From Promethearchaeota archaeon (GTDB taxonomy: Archaea > Asgardarchaeota > Lokiarchaeia > Sigyniarchaeales > SOKP01): 64,000 nucleotides of DNA. A model generated the notes under the pieces. The model did not search any database. It had not been told where the DNA came from and worked only from the letters and a program-made list of their open reading frames with translations. The DNA lies in the NCBI GenBank assembly GCA_016839555.1, contig JAEOUA010000007.1, positions 262,398 to 326,397 of the forward strand, in the 5' to 3' direction. Below, piece by piece: positions 22,081-32,897 of the stretch; the stretch's first letter is position 1, and each line of letters begins with the position of its first letter. Made by a program: the position numbers and the translations under genes.

Positions 22081-22839
22081 ATGAAAAATCCAAAAATTAT
22101 TGCTGTGGTTGGAAAAGGAGGTACTGGAAAGACCGCAATCACTGCTCTAATCGCTAAAGTGTTATCCGAAGATTATAATTATAAATTGCTCCTCATAGAT
22201 GCGGATCCAACCCATCCTCATTTAAGCCATATGGTAGAATTGGTTCCTCAAAAATCGCTTGAAGATATAAGGCTGGAAATAATCAAAGAAGCAATGAATA
22301 AAAAGAATAAGCTGGTGAATATAGCGGAAAATGTGGATTTTAAACTTTATAACGCTATTGAGGAAAATAAAAAATTTAGTTTACTTTCAATTGGGAATCC
22401 AGAGACAGCAGGATGCTTTTGTCCTGCTAATTCCTTATTACGGAAAGTAATAGAATCCATTTCTAAAGATTTTGAGATAGTTCTAATAGATTGTGAAGCT
22501 GGACTGGAGCAAATAAATAGGAGAGTTATTCGTAGCGTGGATGTGATTCTTATAATATCAGATATTTCCATTAGAAGTCTTGAAACCGCTCATTCTATTA
22601 AAGAAATGGCAAAAAAGTTTACTAATTATAAAAAATTAGGAGTTATTCTAAATAAAGTGAGAGGAAACATAGATAGGCTCTTAAATCATATGAATAAATT
22701 AAATTTACCTCTTCTTGGTGAAATTCCAGAAGATGAGACTATTTTGGATTTTGATTTGGAAGGGAAACCATTAATACAACTATCAAATAATTCTGAGGCG
22801 CTTCTTTCCATTAAAAAAATAGTTAAGGAGTTATTCTAA
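22081..22839 (+). CDS. cooC: CooC/AcsF-like nickel-insertion ATPase
   Basis: GKGGTGKT, IDADP, GCFCPAN metal motif, DCEAGLE. Confidence 0.85.
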   Translation: MKNPKIIAVVGKGGTGKTAITALIAKVLSEDYNYKLLLIDADPTHPHLSHMVELVPQKSLEDIRLEIIKEAMNKKNKLVNIAENVDFKLYNAIEENKKFSLLSIGNPETAGCFCPANSLLRKVIESISKDFEIVLIDCEAGLEQINRRVIRSVDVILIISDISIRSLETAHSIKEMAKKFTNYKKLGVILNKVRGNIDRLLNHMNKLNLPLLGEIPEDETILDFDLEGKPLIQLSNNSEALLSIKKIVKELF

Positions 22840-22878
22840 TTTTTAAAAATCTCAATATTAATGTTTTTAAAATAAGGA

Positions 22879-23418
22879 TTATATCTCATTATTATTTAAT
22901 TCAATGAATCTCGGTATAATCTTTAGCGCAATAAAATAAAAAGCAATTGGTGCGGCAAACCATATTAATTGTGGACCCAAGGTTATATTTCCCCCAAAAA
23001 ATTGAAATAATAAAGGATTCCAAGGAGTGACAGGATATTCCCAACCACCACTTGCAACAGCTATCATTTCTACGATGAATGAAGAAATTTGACCGTAAAT
23101 AAGTAAAACTCCCAATTGGTGAGCATTAAATTTCTCAAAATATGGTTCTTTACAAATTAGGATTATAAACCAATAGCCCAAGAGGAATAATCCACCATCC
23201 CAAAAACTTGCTGAAATCATAATTATAAGGGTCGATAAAAGCGGTGGAAACGGTGCTGGAATAAGGCATAATGGAACTTCCCAAACCAGTCCAAGGAGAA
23301 ATCCTACCCAAAAAAGAACCCACGTGAATTTTACAATATAATTTGTCCTATATAAGAGAAAAACAACTAAACAAATGGCGAATCCTGAAAAGTTAACAAA
23401 GAAGGTGAACCAGTTCAA
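22879..23418 (-). CDS. Hypothetical integral membrane protein
   Basis: About 5 hydrophobic segments; intramembrane polar motifs WEVP, WDGG, VEM...GWEY. Confidence 0.7.
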   Translation of the reverse strand: MNWFTFFVNFSGFAICLVVFLLYRTNYIVKFTWVLFWVGFLLGLVWEVPLCLIPAPFPPLLSTLIIMISASFWDGGLFLLGYWFIILICKEPYFEKFNAHQLGVLLIYGQISSFIVEMIAVASGGWEYPVTPWNPLLFQFFGGNITLGPQLIWFAAPIAFYFIALKIIPRFIELNNNEI

Positions 23419-23495
23419 AATTTTTACCTCTTATTTGAAATGTGAAATCATTTGTGATAATTTATAGATTTTATAAAATATAATTAGATACGCTT

Positions 23496-24767
23496 TTACA
23501 TCAGAGTTTCTGCGAACATTTTTAGTTTATCTCGAATGATTTTTATGGAGGTAAATCGTTTATCTCCTACATCTAAATCAATTACTAACATTGGAATACC
23601 AACCTCTTCTCTTAAAGCTTCACGGAGTATTTGGGGAACAGAGCCAAATTGTTTACAGCCAATATGGCTTGTAAAAATGAAACAATCAGCAGAATAATCT
23701 TTCGCCATTTGAATACAGTTTTCTATAAAAGGATAATAGAAATCAGTTGATTCCTTCATCATAGGATAATTCATACCCCGTTTTGCCATATCATAAAACA
23801 TAGTATCTAAATCTTTTGAAGTATCTATTAACTCATAAAAATTATAGTTAAAAATATCAAATAAAATACTCATCCCAATTTCACGATCTAACCATTCGCA
23901 TAATGATAAGTCAAAAAATATCAACATGTAGGGCCAAATACTTCTTATTTTTTCTTCTTTACCATATTGTTGTTTTTTTTTATATCTTTGCTTAGCTATC
24001 TCCAAATAATCTTCATAAAATTTTAGTTTTTGTTCTGTTCCTGAAGCAAACACAGTTACACCTGCAGAAATCGCATTAAATATATTTTCTACAGGACAGG
24101 GCACCGCTTTTCTTAATTCCAATAACTCTAATTGAAGGGGAAATACCTTATTTTCAATTTTAATGTGCCTCTTCAATTTGTCATAATCTGGTTTTTGTCC
24201 TATAATTTCTCCTAATTTTTCCAAGGCTAATCGTATTTGCTTTCCATAATACCTATAACTTTTTTCTTCATGGAGAAAAGGAATATCTGGGAGGACTAAA
24301 GGCACATTCTCGTATTCAAAAAAGGGATAACTTGCATATGTATTATCACAAGGCGCTGTTGGTGTAATAATAGCATCAAATTGAAATAAATCATCCAGCG
24401 TCATTCCCATTGCTCCTTTTTGGGAGGTGCAAGTATGAAAGGGATGTCCCCAGTTTGCCATTAGATCATAATAACGCTCAACCCCATCTGGCAATAATGC
24501 TGAAAGAAGGTATGATGTTCCTTCGATACATACAGGTACACAATCAAAACAGTAAAGATATTCTCTTTGAAAAGCGAAATGATGTCCAATAATGGGAGCT
24601 CCCTCATCAGCTTTTTCCAGAGAATCTTCTACAACCTCTTCTATACATTTAGCCCCTAATTTTAATGATTCGATTTCCCCTTTAGGAAGTATTCTCTCGA
24701 CAAGTTCTCTGGTTGAGGCAATACTATTAAGGACCATTTCATAAGGGATTGCTCTATTTTTCTTCAT
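23496..24767 (-). CDS. 2-hydroxyacyl-CoA dehydratase subunit (HgdA/B/FldB/C family)
   Basis: HTCTSQKG, APCDNT, HIGCKQ, DLDVGD motifs; likely start MKKNR at 24767. Confidence 0.85.
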   Translation of the reverse strand: MKKNRAIPYEMVLNSIASTRELVERILPKGEIESLKLGAKCIEEVVEDSLEKADEGAPIIGHHFAFQREYLYCFDCVPVCIEGTSYLLSALLPDGVERYYDLMANWGHPFHTCTSQKGAMGMTLDDLFQFDAIITPTAPCDNTYASYPFFEYENVPLVLPDIPFLHEEKSYRYYGKQIRLALEKLGEIIGQKPDYDKLKRHIKIENKVFPLQLELLELRKAVPCPVENIFNAISAGVTVFASGTEQKLKFYEDYLEIAKQRYKKKQQYGKEEKIRSIWPYMLIFFDLSLCEWLDREIGMSILFDIFNYNFYELIDTSKDLDTMFYDMAKRGMNYPMMKESTDFYYPFIENCIQMAKDYSADCFIFTSHIGCKQFGSVPQILREALREEVGIPMLVIDLDVGDKRFTSIKIIRDKLKMFAETLM

Positions 24768-24801
24768 AATAACCCATTTTTTTAGTCTAGTTAAAATTAT
24801 A

Positions 24802-25944
24802 TTAATCAATCATCTCTATAAATGCTTCAAGCCGAGTTTTTAATCTTGTAGTATCTGCTTGAAAATTTTCTCGATCAAAATTATAAACTGGAATTTTTAA
24901 CTTTTTTAACTCATGTTCGAAAAGCATATTATCACAACCATGAAGATCGCAATTATTTATTCGCTGTAAAAGAACTCCATCAATTTTGCCACTTTCTATT
25001 TCTTGCTTAACAAACTCCAGTCTACGAGGATGATCATCCATCATACGGGGACAAGATAATCGATAATAGAGGCGCTCTGTAATCCTTTCTAATGGATTTT
25101 TATTAGTATCATCTTTTACATCATCAACAATTGTTCGATTCCCAAAACATATATTATCAGAAATGATAACTACTCCCGAATTTTCAATAAGTTCTGTAAA
25201 TTCCATATTATCGACTATGCTTCCTAATAATAATATCCGTTTTTTATCGTCCATATCAATTGGTTTTCTTTCCTTCAAATAATTTAATATTCTTTTAAGT
25301 TCTTTATTAGCAATTTCTTTTGGGACAGAACTATTTGCTATTGATATTCTTAATGCTTCAGTTCCCGTTAATTTTGGATGTTCTAATATTCGCAGGTCAT
25401 AAATCTCCCTTAATAATTTGCGATTTTGATTATAAAGTTTTATGGAAGCATTAAGTTTTTCATCCGTTATAGAAACGTCAAATACTTTTTCCATATTATC
25501 TTTTAACTCATTAATTTCATTGCATAACCACTTGAACCCTTCTTGAGAAATAATATGAGGTAAGGAAATATAAAAGCGTGGAACTTGTTTGGTAAAGCCT
25601 TCTCTTTTAAAAACCACCATATCATATAATTCGAACATTCTTCTGCTGTGATCACAGCTATTACAAATAAATAACCCATCAAGGAAATCAAATACTCCTT
25701 CTAAGGCAAGATTTAAAGAGCTCCGAACAAATGAGCAAGTGAATCTAACCATGTAGGTGTCTGCTAAATCCGTGCTTTCATTGCCAGTTGCCCTTATTCT
25801 GTAAGGATATAAATCTGCTGCATCCAATAATTCTTCAGGAATATACGTACAATAATATCCTGCTATTTTTTTATTAGTTTCACTTAAAAATGGATTTGTG
25901 ATGGTATCACTAATTTTTAAAAAAGAATCTTGTTGTAAATTCAT
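24802..25944 (-). CDS. 2-hydroxyacyl-CoA dehydratase subunit
   Basis: GYYCTYIPEEL, FTCSFVRS, NSCDHSRR, NNCDLHG, RLKTRLEAFIE; likely start MNLQQ at 25944. Confidence 0.88.
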   Translation of the reverse strand: MNLQQDSFLKISDTITNPFLSETNKKIAGYYCTYIPEELLDAADLYPYRIRATGNESTDLADTYMVRFTCSFVRSSLNLALEGVFDFLDGLFICNSCDHSRRMFELYDMVVFKREGFTKQVPRFYISLPHIISQEGFKWLCNEINELKDNMEKVFDVSITDEKLNASIKLYNQNRKLLREIYDLRILEHPKLTGTEALRISIANSSVPKEIANKELKRILNYLKERKPIDMDDKKRILLLGSIVDNMEFTELIENSGVVIISDNICFGNRTIVDDVKDDTNKNPLERITERLYYRLSCPRMMDDHPRRLEFVKQEIESGKIDGVLLQRINNCDLHGCDNMLFEHELKKLKIPVYNFDRENFQADTTRLKTRLEAFIEMID

Positions 25945-25954
25945 ATAAATTTCC

Positions 25955-26428
25955 TCAAAGTTTATTCTTATAGACGCTATTTTTCCCAATCATTAAACAT
26001 TTAACTAAAGTTAAAGCAGTAAGTAAAGAACCTTTAATAACAATTTTTCTTGTAATAAATTTGGGAATAAGTTTTATCAATCCAAAAAGATTTGCTTTGC
26101 TCCTAATAATATTACTCACTACTTTCAAAACATTTTCTCTCTTTACATTCAAAATAACAGTTGCAACTGGATTATTAGCTTTTTCTGACCTGCATTCAAA
26201 ATTCTTTTTTTCTGTTACTAATTGGAAAGTTAAATATCCATCAAGAGAGGGAATATAAAGCTCAACTTCTTGACCTGCTCGTTTTCCAACATTTTGAAAT
26301 TCCGCTTCTAAACCAAATAAATCAACCAGCATGTTTGCTAATCGCGCAATATTTAAGATTCTGGTTTCTTTCAATAATGTTTTAGCTCTTCTTTCACGTT
26401 TATCCAGATCCATTATAGTTTGATTCAT
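25955..26428 (-). CDS. SCP2-like protein
   Basis: NPVATVILNV...PKFITRKIVIKGSL resembles the SCP2 C-terminus; first gene of the dehydratase operon. Confidence 0.55.
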   Translation of the reverse strand: MNQTIMDLDKRERRAKTLLKETRILNIARLANMLVDLFGLEAEFQNVGKRAGQEVELYIPSLDGYLTFQLVTEKKNFECRSEKANNPVATVILNVKRENVLKVVSNIIRSKANLFGLIKLIPKFITRKIVIKGSLLTALTLVKCLMIGKNSVYKNKL

Positions 26429-26823
26429 AAACTTTTTAATTCCTCTATAAGTTTTTAAAATAAAATTTCTAATGTTTTATAATGGTTTTTAATTTAATAT
26501 TTATTTTTCTTTTTGAATTTATAAGCCTTTTTATTATATAAATAGTTAACTTAAAAATCTTATACGAATATTGAGAAATTTTTATTTTTGTTAATAAAGA
26601 AATCTATATGCTTTTAATGAGTTTAAGTTTGATCTATTTTCATAGATAAAATTAATTTTTTAATTGAATAATTAAATTCTACAAAAAGAGTTTAAAAATA
26701 CTATTTTTTAAAAATCAATTAAAATAATAATATTTTTAATCAAGAATTTCTTACTTATCAAATAATTTATAATTTTATAAGACTTTAAAAATCTATATTA
26801 ATAATAAACCCCATAGAACTAAA

Positions 26824-27453
26824 ATGTATTGTCCACATTGTGGAAATAAAAATAAACCTAATGATAACTTTTGTCGAACCTGTGGTGCTAGACTTCTCAT
26901 AGATAATTTACCAACCAGAACTGATAATCTTCCCTCTAGTGCTGAAAATATTCAAGATATAAAAAATTTAGAACAAATATCTTCCTCAAAAAACAATAAA
27001 AATTTAGTAAATTCAAAAATTTGTGCTATATTAGGGGTTATTGCTTATATTTTACCAATAATCGCTATACTCGTAGGAATACCTCTCATTTATGTTGTTG
27101 CATCTTCTGTTCATGAAGAACTTAATCCTATTATATTTTTTTTAGATCCTCTCTATTTAGAAATGTTATTTTATCCATTTTTTATTCCATATCATAGTAC
27201 AACAATAAAAGTTATAGATGAGGCAGTAAAATCATTAGCTGTTGGATTGGGAGTTATGTTTGTAATTTTTGGTCTTATTGGGTTTATAATGGGGGTTGTC
27301 GCTAGAAAAATTAGAAGGAAAGCAGTATATTATGAGCCGGAAAGTCCTTTAAAATCAATTGGGGGTACATTTGCAATTTTAGCAATTCTTATTTCTTTTG
27401 CTAGTGGATTTATTGGGGTAGTTTTATTTAATCTACCAAATTTTTTAACATAA
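26824..27453 (+). CDS. Zinc-ribbon membrane protein
   Basis: MYCPHCG...FCRTCG followed by 3 TM helices. Confidence 0.85.
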   Translation: MYCPHCGNKNKPNDNFCRTCGARLLIDNLPTRTDNLPSSAENIQDIKNLEQISSSKNNKNLVNSKICAILGVIAYILPIIAILVGIPLIYVVASSVHEELNPIIFFLDPLYLEMLFYPFFIPYHSTTIKVIDEAVKSLAVGLGVMFVIFGLIGFIMGVVARKIRRKAVYYEPESPLKSIGGTFAILAILISFASGFIGVVLFNLPNFLT

Positions 27454-27493
27454 TAGAATAAAAATTTAAGATTAATAATTAGAGGTGATAGTA

Positions 27494-28081
27494 ATTTATT
27501 GCCCAAGTTGCGGAAAAAAAGTAGAGGGAGTTAATCAAAAGTTCTGTCAGTATTGCGGATCTAAACTTCCGACGGATAGAGAAACTTTTCAAGGCTCCAA
27601 TATATCAAACATACCAATTAGAAGAACTCCTTCTGAATATGTACCTCGACCTGTATATAATAATAGAATTAATCCTATTAGTAGCAGAAATATTCCTGTA
27701 ACATATAGAACTGTTCCTTTACAGACTTACCAGAGGAAAAAAGGACCTGCCGGGTCATTTTCAAAGATTTGTTTTTCTTTTGCATTTATATCTCTTATCT
27801 TATCATTAATCACTTTCATTTTTGGAAGCATTTCTGTGCTTTATTATCATGGAGGTGGAGTAATATACCTTGTAAAAATAGCAATTATTGAAGTATTACA
27901 TATTACTGGATTCGCATTAGGAGTTATTTCCTTAGGAATTAGAAAAATGGTAGAACGTACAGAACCTATAAATAATTATGAACAAGCGGGCCTTATTTTA
28001 GGAATTTTCGGAGTAATATTTAACGTAATAGGAGCTGTAACAGTTGTATTATCAGCTATTCCAGGAAATCCATTTTTTTAA
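27494..28081 (+). CDS. Zinc-ribbon membrane protein (possible ATT start; ORF track start 27485)
   Basis: YCPSCG...FCQYCG plus 3 TM; paralog of 26824 and 32144. Confidence 0.8.
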   Translation: MYCPSCGKKVEGVNQKFCQYCGSKLPTDRETFQGSNISNIPIRRTPSEYVPRPVYNNRINPISSRNIPVTYRTVPLQTYQRKKGPAGSFSKICFSFAFISLILSLITFIFGSISVLYYHGGGVIYLVKIAIIEVLHITGFALGVISLGIRKMVERTEPINNYEQAGLILGIFGVIFNVIGAVTVVLSAIPGNPFF

Positions 28082-28134
28082 TTTGAAATTTCCTCTTTTA
28101 TTCCTTCATAACTATGAAAATATATTTTTAAGAA

Positions 28135-29394
28135 TTAAGGAAAAAGACCTCTTAATTCTAATGCTTTTGCAAGACGTGAAACTGCTATCACATAAGCGGC
28201 AGTTCTAAGCGAGACATCCCTCTCCTTAGATAAATTATAGACTTCACCGAAGGCTTTTAATAAAATATGTCTCATTTCATTATTAATCCGTTCCAAATCC
28301 CAGAAGTAAGCATTTATATCTTGAACATATTCAAAATAAGAAACACAAACCCCACCCGAATTCGCTAAAATATCTGGGATTGCTATTATATCTTTTTCTT
28401 CTAAAAATCTATCAGCCTTTGATGTAGTGGGGCTATTTGCTCCTTCTAATATTATTTTACATTCAATATCCGCAGCATTTGAACTATTTATTTGGTTTTC
28501 AATTGCCGCAGGTACAATAATATCACAAGGAGTCGAAAAAAGGTCTTCATTAGTAATTTCTCTAGTTGAATTGCCTTGAAAATCTCCAAGTCTATTGTTT
28601 TGATTTTTCCAATCTAATAATGAATCAATATTTAAACCTTTTGGTGAGAAGACTCCGCCATCGGATTCCATAACTCCCAATATTTTTATGCCATTATCAT
28701 ATAATTTTTTTGCTATAACACTTCCTACTTTTCCAAATCCTTGAATTACTGCGGTCATTGACCCAAGATTATAATTCATTTTATCGCAAAGTGCTTTTAA
28801 TACATAAAACATACCTGTTCCTGTAGCCCCAGATCTTCCCACAGAGCCCCCTATCTCAATTGGTTTTCCAGTGACCACTTCTGGAATTGTCCTTCCTTTT
28901 TGCATTGAATAAGTGTCCATTAACCATGCCATTGTTTGAGCATCTGTCCCCATATCAGGAGCAGGGATATCTATGTCAGGACCAATCATATTGATAATTT
29001 CAGCGGTATATCTTCGCGTAAGTCTTTCTAGTTCTGCATTTGATAATCTCTTAATATCTACACATACACCTCCCTTTGAACCCCCTAAAGGAAGTTCAAG
29101 AAGGCTCGTTTTGAAGGTCATTAGAAATGCAAGTGCTTTAATCTCGTCAAGAGTGACTTCAGGAGAATATCTAATGCCTCCTTTTGCTGGTCCCCTAATT
29201 GTTGAGTGATGTACTCTATACCCTTGAAAAATTTCGATAGATCCATTATCCATTTTAATGGGAATTGAAACTATAAGAGATTTTTCTACACGCGAGAGGA
29301 AATTAACAGTATTTGGGTCTAAATTAATTTCTTTCGCAGCAATTATTAATTTCTTTTTTGCCGACTCAAATGGATTAATATCTAATGAGCTCAC
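28135..29394 (-). CDS. gdhA: Glutamate dehydrogenase
   Basis: RGPAKGGIRY, GGSKGG, DIPAPDMGT, QGFGKVG, EGANSP, PDILANSGGV. Confidence 0.95.
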   Translation of the reverse strand: MSSLDINPFESAKKKLIIAAKEINLDPNTVNFLSRVEKSLIVSIPIKMDNGSIEIFQGYRVHHSTIRGPAKGGIRYSPEVTLDEIKALAFLMTFKTSLLELPLGGSKGGVCVDIKRLSNAELERLTRRYTAEIINMIGPDIDIPAPDMGTDAQTMAWLMDTYSMQKGRTIPEVVTGKPIEIGGSVGRSGATGTGMFYVLKALCDKMNYNLGSMTAVIQGFGKVGSVIAKKLYDNGIKILGVMESDGGVFSPKGLNIDSLLDWKNQNNRLGDFQGNSTREITNEDLFSTPCDIIVPAAIENQINSSNAADIECKIILEGANSPTTSKADRFLEEKDIIAIPDILANSGGVCVSYFEYVQDINAYFWDLERINNEMRHILLKAFGEVYNLSKERDVSLRTAAYVIAVSRLAKALELRGLFP

Positions 29395-29617
29395 TTTATA
29401 TCTTATCCTATTAATTTTATGATATATAAAATTAGATTGGTTTTAATTTATTTTTTATTATTTTTTTTTTAAAAAAAATCCAATTAAAAATGAGTTGTAT
29501 GTAAAAAATTTTGATGAAATAATATTCCACAAAACCAAAAATTTCAATAATTTATAACATAATATAACTTAGATTAATAATAAAAACAAATGTAATAATT
29601 TCATTGAGTGGAAAACT

Positions 29618-30610
29618 ATGAATGAATCAAAAAAAAAACTTAAATTAACTATTCCAAAAGGAAGTTTGCAAGAAGATATATCCTCCCTTTTTGAGCAGGC
29701 AGGATTGAAGTTAAGATTTTCATCAAGTCGAGATTATCGACCCGCCATAAATGATCCTGAAATTCAAATAAAATTATTACGCCCTCAGGAAATCCCGAAT
29801 TATCTAATTGGAGAGGACGAATTTGATCTTGGAATTAGCGGTATTGATTGGGTAAAAGAGACTAACGCAGATGTAGAAGTAATATTAGATTTGGAGACGG
29901 GAGGCGTGCGAATTGTTTTTTGTATTCCAAATTTCTGGGAAAACATTAATTCACTTGATGAAATATTGAATGAATTCCACAAGAGTGGAAAAATATTTAG
30001 GATATCGACGGAGTATTTGACATTATCATTAAAATATCTTAAAAACAATGAAACTTATAAGACATTATATGGAAATAAAGATCCGATGGTAATCACTCCT
30101 TGGAAAAAATGGGGTGAAAATGAGAGAGTTAAGATATTTCTTTCTTTTGGTGCAACTGAAGCAAAACCCCCTGAAGAAGTTGATGCGATAATAGATAATA
30201 CTCAAACTGGTTCTACCTTAAGAGCAAATAATTTAAAAATAGTAGAAACAATAGATACATCAAACGCTGTCCTTATTGCTAATAAAAATGCATTGAAAGA
30301 TGAGTGGAAAAATGAAAAAATTAAAGATTTAAAAGTTTTATTGATGGGTGTAATTGAAGCATCCAAAAAACTCCACATTTTTATGAATGTCAAGGAAGAG
30401 AACCTTCAAAAAATCTTAAAAAAATTACCTGCATTAAAACGACCCACGATATCAAAATTAGCTGGTGATGATACAGATGGCTGGTATGCTATCAATACAA
30501 TAATTAAAAAAGAAGAATTTTTAAATTTAATCCCTTCTTTAAGGAAATATGCTCAAGGCCTAGTAGTTCATCAGCCAAGACAAATTCTTCCATTAGAAAA
30601 AATTAAATAG
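29618..30610 (+). CDS. hisG: ATP phosphoribosyltransferase (long form)
   Basis: IPKGSL, LRPQEIP, DLGISGIDW, GATE, DAIIDNTQTGSTLRANNL; C-terminal regulatory domain. Confidence 0.95.
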   Translation: MNESKKKLKLTIPKGSLQEDISSLFEQAGLKLRFSSSRDYRPAINDPEIQIKLLRPQEIPNYLIGEDEFDLGISGIDWVKETNADVEVILDLETGGVRIVFCIPNFWENINSLDEILNEFHKSGKIFRISTEYLTLSLKYLKNNETYKTLYGNKDPMVITPWKKWGENERVKIFLSFGATEAKPPEEVDAIIDNTQTGSTLRANNLKIVETIDTSNAVLIANKNALKDEWKNEKIKDLKVLLMGVIEASKKLHIFMNVKEENLQKILKKLPALKRPTISKLAGDDTDGWYAINTIIKKEEFLNLIPSLRKYAQGLVVHQPRQILPLEKIK

Positions 30611-30616
30611 AGTAAT

Positions 30617-31939
30617 TTGGTTGGTGTGGATATAATAAAAATAAAACAAATAAATTCAAGTATTATTAGCGAAGAAAATATAAATAAATTTATTCCTCGA
30701 AAAATATCAAATCTTGAAGAAATTAAAGATGATGTCTTAAAAATTATTGAGGATGTAAAATCTAATGGAGATAAGGCCATTATAAAATATACTGAAAAAT
30801 TTGATAAAACAATAGTCGAGAAAGATGAGATACAAGTCAAAAAAGATGAAATTCAAGAAGCCTATAGCAATATAGATAAAGAATTATTGGATGCATTAAG
30901 ATTTTCCAAAAAAAATTTAATTAAATTTCATAAAGCTCAACTGAGAAAAGAATGGTCAATCAATATTATTAAAGGGGTAAAGGCAGGGCAAATTTTCCGT
31001 CCTATTGAATCTGTTGGAATTTATGTACCTGCTGGAAGGGCAATATATCCAAGTACAGTCTTAATGGCAGCAACTCCTGCATATGTCACAGGAGTTAAAG
31101 ATCTTATTGTTTGTTCTCCACCTCAAAAAAATAGTAAAATTGCCCCAGAAATTCTTGTAGCTGCCAGTGAATTTGAAATTAAAAAAATATTTAAAGTTGG
31201 TGGTGTGCAAGCAATAGCTGCTATGGCATATGGTACTGAAACAATCCCAAGAGTATTAAAAGTGGTGGGACCGGGAAATAAATGGGTAAATGCAGCAAAA
31301 CAAATCCTTTCCAATGTGGTTGCAATAGATAATCCAGCAGGTCCCTCTGAGATATTAATAATCGCAGATGAGTCAGCAGATCACAAAAATGTTATTCTGG
31401 ATTTCATTTCTCAGATTGAGCATGATCCTGATAATATAGGAATTATTGTTTCAAATTCAGATGAGTTAATCGAAAAAATAAAACAAAATTTGAACAGCTA
31501 TATTAAGGGCGCTCAGAGAGAAAATATCATAAAATCAGCTTTGAAAAATTCTTTAATTATAAAATGCAAAACGCTTAAAGAATGTGTAAGAGTTAGTAAT
31601 TTAATCGCTCCAGAACATTTAGAAATTTTAACTAAAACCCCAAGAGAACTCATAAAAAAAGTTACTAATGCTGGAGCTATTTTCCTAGGGCTTTATTCAC
31701 CAGTACCATTAGGTGATTATTCAGCAGGTACAAATCACATATTACCTACGGGAGGATACGCAAAAGTTTACTCTGGGCTTAATATTTCTGATTTTATTAA
31801 ACATATTCAAGTTTTAGAATGTTCTCGAGAAGGTTTAAAAAAATTAAGTAATTCTTCAATGAAGATTGCAAAATTTGAAAAATTATTCGCACATAAAGCA
31901 GCTATTGAGCAGAGATTAGAAGAGAAAACACCTAAATAA
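30617..31939 (+). CDS. hisD: Histidinol dehydrogenase
   Basis: [58 protein letters not shown]. Confidence 0.96.
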   Translation: MVGVDIIKIKQINSSIISEENINKFIPRKISNLEEIKDDVLKIIEDVKSNGDKAIIKYTEKFDKTIVEKDEIQVKKDEIQEAYSNIDKELLDALRFSKKNLIKFHKAQLRKEWSINIIKGVKAGQIFRPIESVGIYVPAGRAIYPSTVLMAATPAYVTGVKDLIVCSPPQKNSKIAPEILVAASEFEIKKIFKVGGVQAIAAMAYGTETIPRVLKVVGPGNKWVNAAKQILSNVVAIDNPAGPSEILIIADESADHKNVILDFISQIEHDPDNIGIIVSNSDELIEKIKQNLNSYIKGAQRENIIKSALKNSLIIKCKTLKECVRVSNLIAPEHLEILTKTPRELIKKVTNAGAIFLGLYSPVPLGDYSAGTNHILPTGGYAKVYSGLNISDFIKHIQVLECSREGLKKLSNSSMKIAKFEKLFAHKAAIEQRLEEKTPK

Positions 31940-32143
31940 AAATAAAATAGGTTTTTTTACTTTTTAAAATTTAACTTAATAAATATCATTATAAAAACAA
32001 CTTGATACTGAAGAATATAGAAGGATAATTAATTTTTAATATATAAAATTCTTTTTTTTTATAATAATCCATAAATTATGTTGGATTTTAAAATTCATTT
32101 TCATTTTTGGTAAATTTTTAAAAATATAATATGTGTGAGTTAA

Positions 32144-32791
32144 ATGTATTGTCCAAACTGTGGAGAAAAAATAAAGGATCCAAATCAAAAATTTTGTCAA
32201 TATTGTGGTGCTGCGTTAAAATTTGACACGGAAACATCTATATCCCAAGCAGATATAATTTCTAATAAATCAGCAACTATTCCCTCAACAGAATACACTC
32301 CCACCGATGCAAAACAAAAAACCTCTAAAAAACACTCAAAAAGATGTTTTGCCGGTGCGATGATTTCCTTTACACTATCTCTACTTACTATAATTATCGG
32401 TTTACCCCTTATTTTCTTTATAGGATCCTCTATTCACTTAGAAGAAGATCCTTTATCTATATTCTATTTTTATTACTTCCTTTTGTATTATCCTTTTTCT
32501 GGCTATTATCCTACTCCCAGATATGTTTTAGATGAAGGATTAAGAATGATAGCTCATGTATATGGAGTTCTTTTTATTCTCTTTGGTATTGCAAGCTTTA
32601 TATTAGGAATTGTTGCTAGAAGAACTAGGAGAAAAGCAATATATCGTGAGTCAAACAACGGTTTAGTAAAAGCTGGCGGGGTGCTTGCTATATTAGGAAT
32701 TATTCAAGGCATAATCGGGGCAATTATCGGAGGTATCTTGTTTTATCTTCCATTTTATGCGACACTGCTGAATTATGTTTCAGGAATTTAA
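32144..32791 (+). CDS. Zinc-ribbon membrane protein
   Basis: MYCPNCG...FCQYCG plus 3 TM; close paralog of 26824..27453 (shared SSxHxE, GxVARxxRRKAxYxE). Confidence 0.85.
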   Translation: MYCPNCGEKIKDPNQKFCQYCGAALKFDTETSISQADIISNKSATIPSTEYTPTDAKQKTSKKHSKRCFAGAMISFTLSLLTIIIGLPLIFFIGSSIHLEEDPLSIFYFYYFLLYYPFSGYYPTPRYVLDEGLRMIAHVYGVLFILFGIASFILGIVARRTRRKAIYRESNNGLVKAGGVLAILGIIQGIIGAIIGGILFYLPFYATLLNYVSGI

Positions 32792-32897
32792 TTTTAAATC
32801 AATAAACTCCTTTTTTTTTAAATTTTAGTATAAATAATTAAAATGTGCATAGAAAGCTTTATTAGTATAATTATAAAATTATTATCTAAGATTGGTT

